Below are positions 8,094 through 16,210 of a stretch of DNA of 27,525 nt, piece by piece. The notes under the pieces were generated by a model. It saw only the letters and a list, made by a program, of their open reading frames with translations, searched no databases and had not been told where the DNA came from. How positions within the stretch are numbered: the first letter of the stretch is position 1; the number at the start of each line of letters is the position of its first letter. Location of the stretch: NCBI GenBank assembly GCA_039091855.1, contig JAWCLA010000008.1, forward strand, positions 320 to 27,844, in the 5' to 3' direction. Position numbers and translations under genes: made by a program. This stretch comes from Candidatus Aenigmatarchaeota archaeon (lineage in GTDB: Archaea; Aenigmatarchaeota; Aenigmatarchaeia; QMZP01).

Positions 8094-9002
8094 AATACAG
8101 GTCTGTATAAATCTTTGTTCAACAACCGGTCACAGTTCGCCTGTAGATTATTTACTCGCTATATACCAGTTAAATTTATTGGTTAAATAACTTACTGAGT
8201 GTTTCGTGGTTCTTTTATTTCATTTATTTTGAATAACAGTTGCATATCTGTGTTTGTTACTTATCAAGTTGCTGTATATAACTATTTAACATTACCTATA
8301 CACCAACCCTATAAAATCACTTCTTGCTTTTGATAACTACTTAAGATTTTACTTAAAGTAGTGTATTGAGTTTTTGGCTGTGTTTTAACATTCAGATTTA
8401 TTCGCATTCAATGTATATCTATTTGGACATATTCTGTTGTAAAGCTTTTTTTGAAGTCAAAATTTCAAAGAAATTGTGGAAGTATTTGGTTTTGAATATA
8501 GAAATCATTAGAAGTAAGTCTGTCCCCTGTGTATACTACAAAACATTTAAATGCTCGGTTAATTTGCCCGCTCGCCTATCCAACAGTCACATGCAATAGG
8601 TGAATAAGACTGGTGGAATTTCGGCGAGCACTGTTAATTGGCTAAATAATGGCATAGGCTTGACTGCGACTTTGGCATGGATTGGTTCCTCACGTAATTT
8701 GACAATTGTTGCAGGTCTTTTCCGAGTGAATCGAAGTGATATGATGGGTTCCACAAACCAGATCCACAGAAATACTGCTTCTTCAGTATTGGATATTCCT
8801 GAAGCAGTTTCTTAGCAGTAAAGCCTTTCAGCTTCTTGACTATGTTAGGTAACGAGGAAAGACCAATATCCAGAATCAAATGCACGTGGTTGCTGTCCAT
8901 TCCCAGTTCATTGCATTGTATGTTAAGTTGGTTTATTGCTTCCCAAAGCAGTTGTTCACATCGAGCTTTTATTTCAGTAATATCAAATATTTTATGGCAG
9001 TA

Positions 9003-9068
9003 TCGTGTCTCACCTTCTGCTGGAGAAGAGACATCTCTGCATCTTCAAATAAATGGAAGGGATGCAGA
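9003..9068. mobile_element. 66-nt two-hairpin insertion (family 2)
   Basis: Minus strand TCTGCATC...GATGCAGA-GATGTC-TCTTCT...; core matches 7200-7215 at 15/16. Confidence 0.72.
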
Positions 9069-9102
9069 TTTCACCTTGAATGCAAGGTGAACCCCAATAA
9101 AT

Positions 9103-9142
9103 AGACTGACGGCTTAAGCCAATGTAACCAAGCCGTCCTCCC
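9103..9142 (-). mobile_element. Family-1 hairpin element inside tnpA #2
   Basis: GGGAG-GACGGCTT-14nt-AAGCCGTC-AGTCT; 34/40 identical to 13838-13877. Confidence 0.8.
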
Positions 9143-9366
9143 ATTTCTGCCAACGCTAGAGCTATGGCTGACAAAATCGGCCATGGCTTCACCTCCCTGT
9201 TAATTTTAGATATTGATTAATTAGTGAAGCCAGAATTAATTCGGGATGGGCCAAGCCCATACCCACCACCGGTCACAGATCGGTGGAATTCTTTATTTAA
9301 ATATTAATTGATGATCATTTAGGTTATATTTAAACAAGCACTCATAGCCAAACTGACTATAAGAAT

Positions 9367-9882
9367 TCAGGCGTTGAATTTCAGGTTCCATATCACATCT
9401 AATATATTCAAGAACCGCTGCATATAAATAATCCTGAATCCTTTAATACCGTGATAGATGCGCCTCAACAAGGTGTTCCAGACTTCTATTTGGTTGTTGC
9501 TCAGGGAATAAAATTGCTGTTTATGTATGAGCAGTTTATTTTTCAAGTACATCTGCACATAGTTCAATTTTAGATTTCTCGTTCTGAACACCTTTCGATG
9601 GTTAGCGAGTAAGTATTCCGTTAATCATTAACTATGATATCAGGTTTACCTACTGTACATCTTACCTTTCTAAGAGAAACTATTGAGGATGTTTTGTTTC
9701 TTTGTTCAGACATATGGTGAAATAACATTGTTGTGGAATCAATAACATCGAACATAGACAGAAATAAATTGCCTATAAAAAATTACGCTTAACAATATGG
9801 TTTGTTTGAGAAACTATGCCTAATATATTTGGAAAATCTAAGTTGGGAAAATGACCTTACATTTATTCCATCTGTAAACTGA
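9367..9882 (-). pseudogene. Heavily decayed IS6-like DDE transposase
   Basis: Fragments SVYRW, DVIDSTT, GKPDIIVND*, NNQIEVWNTLLRR...GFR...QRFL spread across stops and frameshifts. Confidence 0.6.
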
Positions 9883-10045
9883 TAATTATTATAAAACCGT
9901 ATTTCCATAATTCTGAATACATCTTATTTAACCAGATAGTATAGTACACATTTTCATTACTTTATAGTATTATTTATGGTTTTACAGAATTAAGTTCGAA
10001 GAACCTTTTTCAGAAATAAAAACTCTTTCAAACAATTAATTAAAG

Positions 10046-10417
10046 TTGAATATGCCAAAAAGGAAAAAATCGAGAAAAACCAGAAAAAATAAGAGAAAGA
10101 GGCGCATTGAAAAATGCCTTAGCGCGGAAGAGAAAAGGACCTTGCTCCTTAAGGAGCAGACGATACTGTCCAAAGAACGAACAATTCTCTCCTTTATGAG
10201 GACAGGACTCACATTCGTGACTGTTGGCTTTGCTATGTTTGCCGCAGGTCCCTGGCTTTCCCAAGGATTCAATGTGAGCCCTTGGGTTTCAATAATAATA
10301 GGGGTATCAGTTGCTTTTGTTGGTTTTTTTGAGATAGTGGAATCATTCAGGAGGCTTAAGATTTACAAAAACAAGATGAGAGAAATAACAGAAAGGCTTG
10401 GCGAGGAAAACGTATAG
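10046..10417 (+). CDS. DUF202/YidH-like small membrane protein
   Basis: LSKERTILSFMRTGL motif followed by two TM helices; ATG 10052 is an alternative start. Confidence 0.8.
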   Translation: MNMPKRKKSRKTRKNKRKRRIEKCLSAEEKRTLLLKEQTILSKERTILSFMRTGLTFVTVGFAMFAAGPWLSQGFNVSPWVSIIIGVSVAFVGFFEIVESFRRLKIYKNKMREITERLGEENV

Positions 10418-10459
10418 CTTAAGCTAAACAAAACGGTTTCTCTTACCACCGGAAACCGT

Positions 10460-10948
10460 TCATTGCCCGGATTCCTTACATTCGCTGCAAACCCATTTTC
10501 CTTCCCAAAGTTCTGCTTCCTCAGAATACTCACCACATTCCTCGCATATTCCTTCAGAAACAGTTCTTTCACTATAGGATATTGGCTTTATCCCGTCAAC
10601 CCACACGCACCCGCTGTTCTTATCCACTGTCCAGTCAGAATCAACAGGTAGCATCATAAAAAGCGCCCTTGCGAGTTTCCTGTCTTTTTCCTCAAGCCAG
10701 TGAAATGCCTCTGCTATGTAGCAGAATGGACAGACAGTTACTTCCTTCTTTGAAAGACATTTCAAACAGGGCAAGATTGTCCTGTTGCTTTCCACTGAGT
10801 TAAAGATTTCCAAGAAAAAGCGACTGAACTTCCTGAACTCAGCTGACAGCTTTCTCGGCAGCCACTTCAATATGTCTTTGGACAGGCAATCCGGACAGAT
10901 GTAACTCCATACAGGATCCTTGCATATCTGGCATACCGCAAGCTGCAT
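10460..10948 (-). CDS. Hypothetical multi-CxxC (Zn-finger) protein
   Basis: Six CxxC pairs (CQIC, CPDC, CLKC, CPFC, CEEC, CSEC); GGGTGA SD before ATG 10948. Confidence 0.75.
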   Translation of the reverse strand: MQLAVCQICKDPVWSYICPDCLSKDILKWLPRKLSAEFRKFSRFFLEIFNSVESNRTILPCLKCLSKKEVTVCPFCYIAEAFHWLEEKDRKLARALFMMLPVDSDWTVDKNSGCVWVDGIKPISYSERTVSEGICEECGEYSEEAELWEGKWVCSECKESGQ

Positions 10949-11134
10949 CCCTTTCACCCTTCCTTCTCCATTCAAGTGGGCAAGGTGGGAAACTCATCAA
11001 CCTGCTGTTAAAAAGCCTATTAAAAAGCATTTCTGTTGCAGAAAATAGATTATCAAATGCATCGATGTTTGCCTGTTTTTTCGACATTAGTGCCAATGCT
11101 TAAGCGTATAAATTTGGCTGCTGAAATATTGGGC

Positions 11135-11791
11135 ATGAAGGAGATTTTTCCAGGAGTTTGGAAATTGAAAGGGGAAATAGTCACAAAAAACCTTGTTCCG
11201 GGTTCAAGGGTTTACGGGGAAAGGACAATAGCTGAAAAAAAGTCAGAGTACAGGTTTTGGAACCCTTACAGGAGCAAGCCGGCGGCTGCAATAATGCTCG
11301 GGCTCAAGAGTTTTCCATTGAAAGAGGGTATGAAAGTCCTTTATCTGGGAGTTGCAAGCGGGACAACAGCGAGCCATTTCAGCGACATAGTCGGTCCGGA
11401 AGGGATAATCTACGGGGTCGAGATTTCAGAGCGCTCTATAAGGGACCTTAACCCTGTTGCAGAAAAGAGGGGAAACATAGTGCCCATACTTGCCAATGCA
11501 AAAAAACCAGAGGATTATTCCTGGGTTGAGCCTGTTGACATAGTTTACCAGGATGTTGCGACAGACGACCAGTCGGACATTCTCATAAGGAACTGCGAAA
11601 TGTTTCTCAAGCCTGACGGGTTTGCGATAATTTCCATAAAGGCGCGCTCTATTGATGTCACGAAGCCACCGAAGGAGGTTTACAAACAGGAGCTCCAAAA
11701 GCTCAAAGGATTTTTTGATATTGTTGAAAAAATAGAGCTCGAGCCTTATGAGAAAGACCACCTTTTTGTCGTTATGAAAAGGAAAGGTTGA
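11135..11791 (+). CDS. flpA: Fibrillarin-like rRNA/tRNA 2'-O-methyltransferase
   Basis: VYGE, YRFWNPYRSK, VLYLGVASGTTASH, IKARSID, LEPYEKDH; ATG 11135 chosen. Confidence 0.95.
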   Translation: MKEIFPGVWKLKGEIVTKNLVPGSRVYGERTIAEKKSEYRFWNPYRSKPAAAIMLGLKSFPLKEGMKVLYLGVASGTTASHFSDIVGPEGIIYGVEISERSIRDLNPVAEKRGNIVPILANAKKPEDYSWVEPVDIVYQDVATDDQSDILIRNCEMFLKPDGFAIISIKARSIDVTKPPKEVYKQELQKLKGFFDIVEKIELEPYEKDHLFVVMKRKG

Positions 11792-11829
11792 ATTTTATTT
11801 TTGCCCGACAAATAATATATTGGAATGTT

Positions 11830-12267
11830 ATGGAGATGCAAACAGAAACTTCCTATTCCAACAGCTTTTTGTACGAAGAAAAATTTACTGAAGACTACAA
11901 TTATCTTATTTACGGGGGAAAGGTTGTTTTTGAAAATGATGTGGAACCGTTGCTGAAAAGGGTTGAAGACTCTCCTGAAGACGTAAGGAAGATTGGTTCT
12001 GCAATAAAGGAAGGGGTTAAAAAGTTTTTGGGTTTTTACAAGAGGGCTTTTGTGTTAGATGACTACAACCCGAAAGACAAGATAACTCCTGATTGCCTGT
12101 TCAACCGTATATTTTTTATTAACAAGAAGATTGAGGGAATCAACAGTAATGGTGGGGAAATGCTTCCTTACATAGAAATTGCCGAGGAATACAGGGAATA
12201 CGAAAAGGTTGTAAAAGATGCTGATTTAAGACATTTCATAAAAAATGAAAGCCAATATTGGCCATAA
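11830..12267 (+). CDS. Hypothetical protein
   Basis: Open frame filling the gap between flpA and tuf; no motif recognised. Confidence 0.55.
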   Translation: MEMQTETSYSNSFLYEEKFTEDYNYLIYGGKVVFENDVEPLLKRVEDSPEDVRKIGSAIKEGVKKFLGFYKRAFVLDDYNPKDKITPDCLFNRIFFINKKIEGINSNGGEMLPYIEIAEEYREYEKVVKDADLRHFIKNESQYWP

Positions 12268-12280
12268 AAATAAAGAGGGA

Positions 12281-12310
12281 GGGGAGAGAAAAGGCCTGAC
12301 CTTTCTCCCG
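12281..12310 (-). terminator. Hairpin plus pyrimidine tract downstream of tuf
   Basis: GGGAGAAAGG...CCTTTTCTCTCCC on the minus strand right after the stop codon. Confidence 0.5.
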
Positions 12311-12318
12311 CTAAAAAA

Positions 12319-13590
12319 TCACTTTGCCTTTACCAGGTCTATCACAACTCCTGCCGCAATCGTCTTGCCCATGTCTCTTATGGCGAATTTTGCAAGCTGG
12401 GGAAAGTCAGACTGCTTCTCCAACACAACAGGTTGTGTTGGGACTGCCTTTATTATTGCAGCATCTCCAGCCTTCAGCATGTCTGGATGCTCCTCAAGCG
12501 TTGCGCCTGTCTTCGGGTCTATCTTCTTCACTATTTCTGTTATCTTGCAAGCAACGTGTGCTGTGTGCATATGGAAGACGGGCGTGTAACCCTTTGTTAT
12601 CACTGTCGGGTGCTGCAACACTATTATCTGTCCTGTGAATTCCTTTACCACCGTTGGTGGATTGTCAGGGTGACCAACAACATCACCGCTCTTTATCTGG
12701 TTTTTTGCTACTCCCCTGACATTGAAGCCTATGTTGTCGCCAGGCTCTGCCTTTGGCAGCTGCTTGTGGTGCATCTCTATGCTCTTTACCTCAGCAACTA
12801 CACCACTCGGCTCAAATATTATCTTGTCATTAGGCTTCAAGACTCCTGTCTCGACCCTTCCAACAGGAACAGTTCCAACCCCTGTTATGGAGTAGACATC
12901 CTGCACAGGAAGCCTCAGTGGCTTGTCTATCGGCTTTTCAGGCGGTTCTATTCCCTGATCCAGAGCCTCCACGAGCGTTGGACCCTTGTACCATCCCATC
13001 TTGTCAGATTTCTTAACTACATTGTCTCCCATATATGCAGACACAGGGACGAACAGGATTTTTTCTATCTTGTAGCCAACTGATTGGAGTAGTTTTGAGA
13101 CAGCTTCCTTAACTTCCTTGAACTTTGACTCCTCATAATTTACGGCGTCCATCTTGTTAAGGACTACTATCATCTGGTTTATTCCAAGGACCTTTGAAAG
13201 GTAGACGTGTTCCTTTGTCTGGTCCTGGACACCATCCTTTGTTGACACCACAAGTATTGCAGCGTCTGCCTGCGAAGCCCCTGTTATCATGTTCTTTATG
13301 AAGTCCCTGTGGCCAGGAGCGTCAATTATTGTGAAGTAATACTTGGGTGTGTCGAATCCCTTGTACATAAGGTCTATCGTGACCCCTCTTTCCCTCTCCT
13401 CCTTCAGGTTGTCCATAACGAAGGCAAACTCGAAAGTCTCCTTCTTGAGCTCCTTAGCAATCTCCTTGAGCTTCCTCATCTCTTGCTCAGGAATGGAACC
13501 TGAATCGAAGAGCAGTCTTCCTATCAAAGTTGATTTACCGTGGTCTACGTGACCAATAGTCACAATGTTAATGTGTGGTTTTTCTGCCAT
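12319..13590 (-). CDS. tuf: Translation elongation factor EF-1alpha
   Basis: [39 protein letters not shown]. Confidence 0.98.
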   Translation of the reverse strand: MAEKPHINIVTIGHVDHGKSTLIGRLLFDSGSIPEQEMRKLKEIAKELKKETFEFAFVMDNLKEERERGVTIDLMYKGFDTPKYYFTIIDAPGHRDFIKNMITGASQADAAILVVSTKDGVQDQTKEHVYLSKVLGINQMIVVLNKMDAVNYEESKFKEVKEAVSKLLQSVGYKIEKILFVPVSAYMGDNVVKKSDKMGWYKGPTLVEALDQGIEPPEKPIDKPLRLPVQDVYSITGVGTVPVGRVETGVLKPNDKIIFEPSGVVAEVKSIEMHHKQLPKAEPGDNIGFNVRGVAKNQIKSGDVVGHPDNPPTVVKEFTGQIIVLQHPTVITKGYTPVFHMHTAHVACKITEIVKKIDPKTGATLEEHPDMLKAGDAAIIKAVPTQPVVLEKQSDFPQLAKFAIRDMGKTIAAGVVIDLVKAK

Positions 13591-13837
13591 TCAATCACCC
13601 GCTTTTTGAAAAAAAACCAGGGCATTTGTTGCCTGGTATAATACCCGTTTGGGCTTTATCTTAAACCCTTTATATCAAGGGCAGTTATTTAGTTAACAAT
13701 TGTATATATAAAGATTTTATAAAGATTGAGACTGTTAACATAATAATGTTGGGAGCATAGTTATATGCAGTAAAACCACCATTACATATGCATGAACCTC
13801 CACCCAACAATAGAGAATAGTATCAGGGACATGATTT

Positions 13838-13877
13838 GGAAGGACGGCTTTATGAAATTGGCTTAAGCCGTCAATCT
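13838..13877 (+). repeat. Family-1 hairpin element
   Basis: GGAAG-GACGGCTT-14nt-AAGCCGTC-AATCT. Confidence 0.8.
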
Positions 13878-13914
13878 AAAAACATCTTCAAGCGCAACAA
13901 GAAGCCAGATAATT

Positions 13915-13976
13915 GGAAAGACTGCTTCACATCATTAAATGATAAAACCGTTAATGGTGTGAAAAGCCGTCAATCT
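13915..13976 (+). repeat. Family-1 hairpin element with expanded, paired loop
   Basis: GGAAA-GACTGCTT-[CACATCATTAA...TTAATGGTGTG]AA-AAGCCGTC-AATCT. Confidence 0.75.
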
Positions 13977-14267
13977 GGATTTGGCTATAAGGGTAACGCC
14001 AAATGGAGCTTAAGAGGATTCGAGCACGAACACATGACCTTCGGCTTGAGGAACAGCACAGAGAGGCTCAGGCTGGTCAAGAACAGGACCAAAGGGTTCT
14101 ACAACAACATCAACTGCAAGGATTTGAAGAGCGGCATAGAAACCTCCAGGCGTTTCTCGAGGTTTTTGTGGGGCTGTATAACCTTGAAAAGGGCTTTAAG
14201 TTAACAGTCAAAAATTAGCAACTTTTAGATTTTTATATCAAACTGCCCAATATAAGCAGGAGATAGG

Positions 14268-15992
14268 ATGAAGATTCTTCTGCTGCACACGGACTTTGTA
14301 CAGTGGGAACCGAAGAAAAAGGCTGTTCCGATGGCTGAAGAGGTGGAGAAAAAGCCAAAAAAGGTCAGGGAAGCTCTTGTTGTTTTCACCGCCGTGGAGA
14401 GGGGTGATGGGGAGAACGAGAGGCAGGTTGTCGGCAAGTCGGTAAAGGAGATTGCAAATGTTTTTAATCAGGTAAAGGCTAAGTCTGTTGTGATTTATCC
14501 TTATGCTCACCTGTCCTCTGACCTTGCGCAGCCTTCCGTCGCCCTTAACGTGCTTAGGGAGATGGAGAAATCGCTGAAGTTGGATAAAATACCTGTTGTG
14601 AGAGCCCCGTTCGGCTGGTACAAGGCTTTCACCCTTTCCTGCAAGGGACACCCGCTTTCCGAACTCAGCAAGACAATATCAGTCGGGGAGAAATCCCAGC
14701 CTGTCCCGCAAAAAGTGGAGCAGGAAGTGGTGGACACAAAGAGGCTTCTCAGGGAAATATCAAAGGTAAAGCTTGACAGGGAAAACCTCAAGGAGAACGA
14801 CCACAGGATTCTCGGCCAGAGGATGGACCTGTTCTCTTTCTCCGAAACAGCTCCCGGAATGGTTTTCTGGCACCACAAGGGATGGATTATATACAATGAG
14901 CTGGTGAGCTTCTGGAGGGAGGAACACAGGAAGGCTGGCTATCAGGAAATATCAACTCCTCTTGTGCTGGAAAAGAAGCTCTGGCTTATATCGGGTCATT
15001 GGGAGAAATACAGGGAAAACATCTTCCTCACGAAATACGAGAACAGGGATTTTGCTGTCAAGCCCATGAACTGCCCTGGCGGGATTCTGGTTTACAAGAG
15101 CAGGCCGAGGTCTTACAGGGACCTTCCTTTAAGGATTGCGGAACTCGGGATTGTTCACAGGCACGAGCTTTCTGGTGTGTTGGCAGGGCTTTTCAGGGTG
15201 ATAAAGTTCACGCAGGACGATGCCCACATATACTGCACTGAAGAGCAGTTGGAGGATGAAATAAACGGCATAATTGAGATGGTTCAGAGGTTTTACAAGA
15301 TGTTCGGTTTTGAATACCACGTTGAGCTTTCCACAAGGCCTGAAAAGAGGATAGGAGACGAAAAGCTTTGGGACAAGGCAGAGAGAATACTGGAGGATGT
15401 GCTGAGAAAAAGGAGGATGAAGTTCAAGGTTAACCCGGGCGACGGGGCGTTTTACGGTCCAAAGATAGACTTCCACATAAAGGATTCCTTGGGGAGGACC
15501 TGGCAATGCGCGACAATACAGCTTGATTTTGCAATGCCGGAGAGGTTCGAGCTGACTTACAACGGCGAGGACAACAAGCCCCACACGCCTGTTATGCTTC
15601 ACAGGGTTGTTTACGGCGCAATGGAAAGGTTCATAGGAGTGCTTCTCGAGCACCTGAACGGAAACCTCCCTGTCTGGCTCTCACCCGTTCAGGTCAGGGT
15701 TATATCCTTCACGGAAAGGAACAACGAGGCTGCAAAAAAGGTTTATAAAAAGCTGGTCGAGGCAGGGATAAGGACCGAGATTGACACGGAAAACAGGACT
15801 GTCGAGTACAAGATCAGGGAGGCTGAGCTGCAAAAAATCCCGTATATGATCGTTATAGGCGACAAGGAGGAAAAAACCGATACGATAGCGTTGCGTGTCA
15901 GGGGTGAAAAAAGAGTTCAGTTCGGGGTGAGGCTCGACGGTTTCCTGAAAAGGATTGAAGGCGAAATCAGGGAAAGGAAGATGTGTCCTTAG
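14268..15992 (+). CDS. thrS: Threonyl-tRNA synthetase
   Basis: Archaeal editing domain (YPYAHLS, APFGWYKAF, GHPLSE) plus KPMNCP, TQDDAH, GAFYGPKID, QCATIQLDF. Confidence 0.97.
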   Translation: MKILLLHTDFVQWEPKKKAVPMAEEVEKKPKKVREALVVFTAVERGDGENERQVVGKSVKEIANVFNQVKAKSVVIYPYAHLSSDLAQPSVALNVLREMEKSLKLDKIPVVRAPFGWYKAFTLSCKGHPLSELSKTISVGEKSQPVPQKVEQEVVDTKRLLREISKVKLDRENLKENDHRILGQRMDLFSFSETAPGMVFWHHKGWIIYNELVSFWREEHRKAGYQEISTPLVLEKKLWLISGHWEKYRENIFLTKYENRDFAVKPMNCPGGILVYKSRPRSYRDLPLRIAELGIVHRHELSGVLAGLFRVIKFTQDDAHIYCTEEQLEDEINGIIEMVQRFYKMFGFEYHVELSTRPEKRIGDEKLWDKAERILEDVLRKRRMKFKVNPGDGAFYGPKIDFHIKDSLGRTWQCATIQLDFAMPERFELTYNGEDNKPHTPVMLHRVVYGAMERFIGVLLEHLNGNLPVWLSPVQVRVISFTERNNEAAKKVYKKLVEAGIRTEIDTENRTVEYKIREAELQKIPYMIVIGDKEEKTDTIALRVRGEKRVQFGVRLDGFLKRIEGEIRERKMCP

Positions 15993-16131
15993 TCTTTTCT
16001 GACTTGTATTCCTCCTCCAGCTCCTCAAGAAGCCACTTGTATTCGTTTGGTTTTATAGTTCCCATTTGCAGGCACCAGTCAAGGGCCTTTTTCTCTTCAA
16101 GGTATTTTTCTATGTTTTCATTTTTCAACAT
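15967..16131 (-). CDS. Small hypothetical protein with a convergent overlap of thrS
   Basis: MLKNENIEKYLEEKKALDWCLQMGTIKPNEYKWLLEELEEE; helical, charged. Confidence 0.5.
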   Translation of the reverse strand: MLKNENIEKYLEEKKALDWCLQMGTIKPNEYKWLLEELEEEYKSEKTKDTSSFP

Positions 16132-16210
16132 AATATCACTATTAAAAAGTGACAAATATTATTTATAAACCTTTCGGAAGGTTTCTTAACCCCAAAGTCA
16201 AAAATACCCT

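Larger units (their letters stand above)
8634..9184 (-). pseudogene. tnpA: IS200/IS605 HUH transposase #2, split by two hairpin inserts (9003-9068 and ~9097-9143); otherwise an open frame
   Basis: MADFVSHSSSVGRNG[ins]VHLAFKVK[ins]YCHKIFD...DSNHVHL...KKLKGFTAK...LWNPSY...NYVRNQ; GGAGGTGA SD. Confidence 0.88.
8570..9291 (-). mobile_element. IS200-like element #2 bounded by related subterminal hairpins
   Basis: CCAACAGTC...GACTGGTGG-AATT (8580-8620) and CCACCGGTC-ACA-GATCGGTGG-AATT (9266-9290) flank tnpA; partial third copy at 8123-8139. Confidence 0.8.
13730..14209 (+). mobile_element. Internally deleted IS6-family element carrying two family-1 hairpin inserts
   Basis: Inverted repeat GACTGTTAAC (13730-13739) / GTTAACAGTC (14200-14209); transposase fragments MNLHPTIENSIRDMI, KNIFKRNKKP, HEHMTFGLRNSTER...RTKGFYNNIN. 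Confidence 0.78.

Noticed and set aside
7483-8191. 13-bp inverted repeat GTTATTTAACCAA / TTGGTTAAATAAC as transposon ends
   Set aside because: AT-rich and TATA-like, with similar words at 9321 and 9924; no target duplication
9003-9143. Canonical bulge-helix-bulge introns in tnpA #2
   Set aside because: No strict BHB at the 66-nt insert junctions, and the BHB-like register of family 1 is not conserved in the other copies; kept only as a hypothesis
6569-9291. TnpB/IscB RNA-guided nuclease with omega RNA
   Set aside because: No RuvC-containing ORF or recognisable remnant was found beside either tnpA
10839-11134. ORF 10839-11096 and the N-terminal extension of fibrillarin
   Set aside because: They span a divergent promoter region; recognisable fibrillarin sequence begins at ATG 11135
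13836-14218. ORFs 13836-14204 and 14003-14218 as real proteins
   Set aside because: Mosaics of IS6 transposase fragments and hairpin inserts
16168-16185. Palindrome AAACCTT-TCGG-AAGGTTT in a divergent promoter
   Set aside because: Possible operator or back-to-back promoter elements, but single-copy and unsupported
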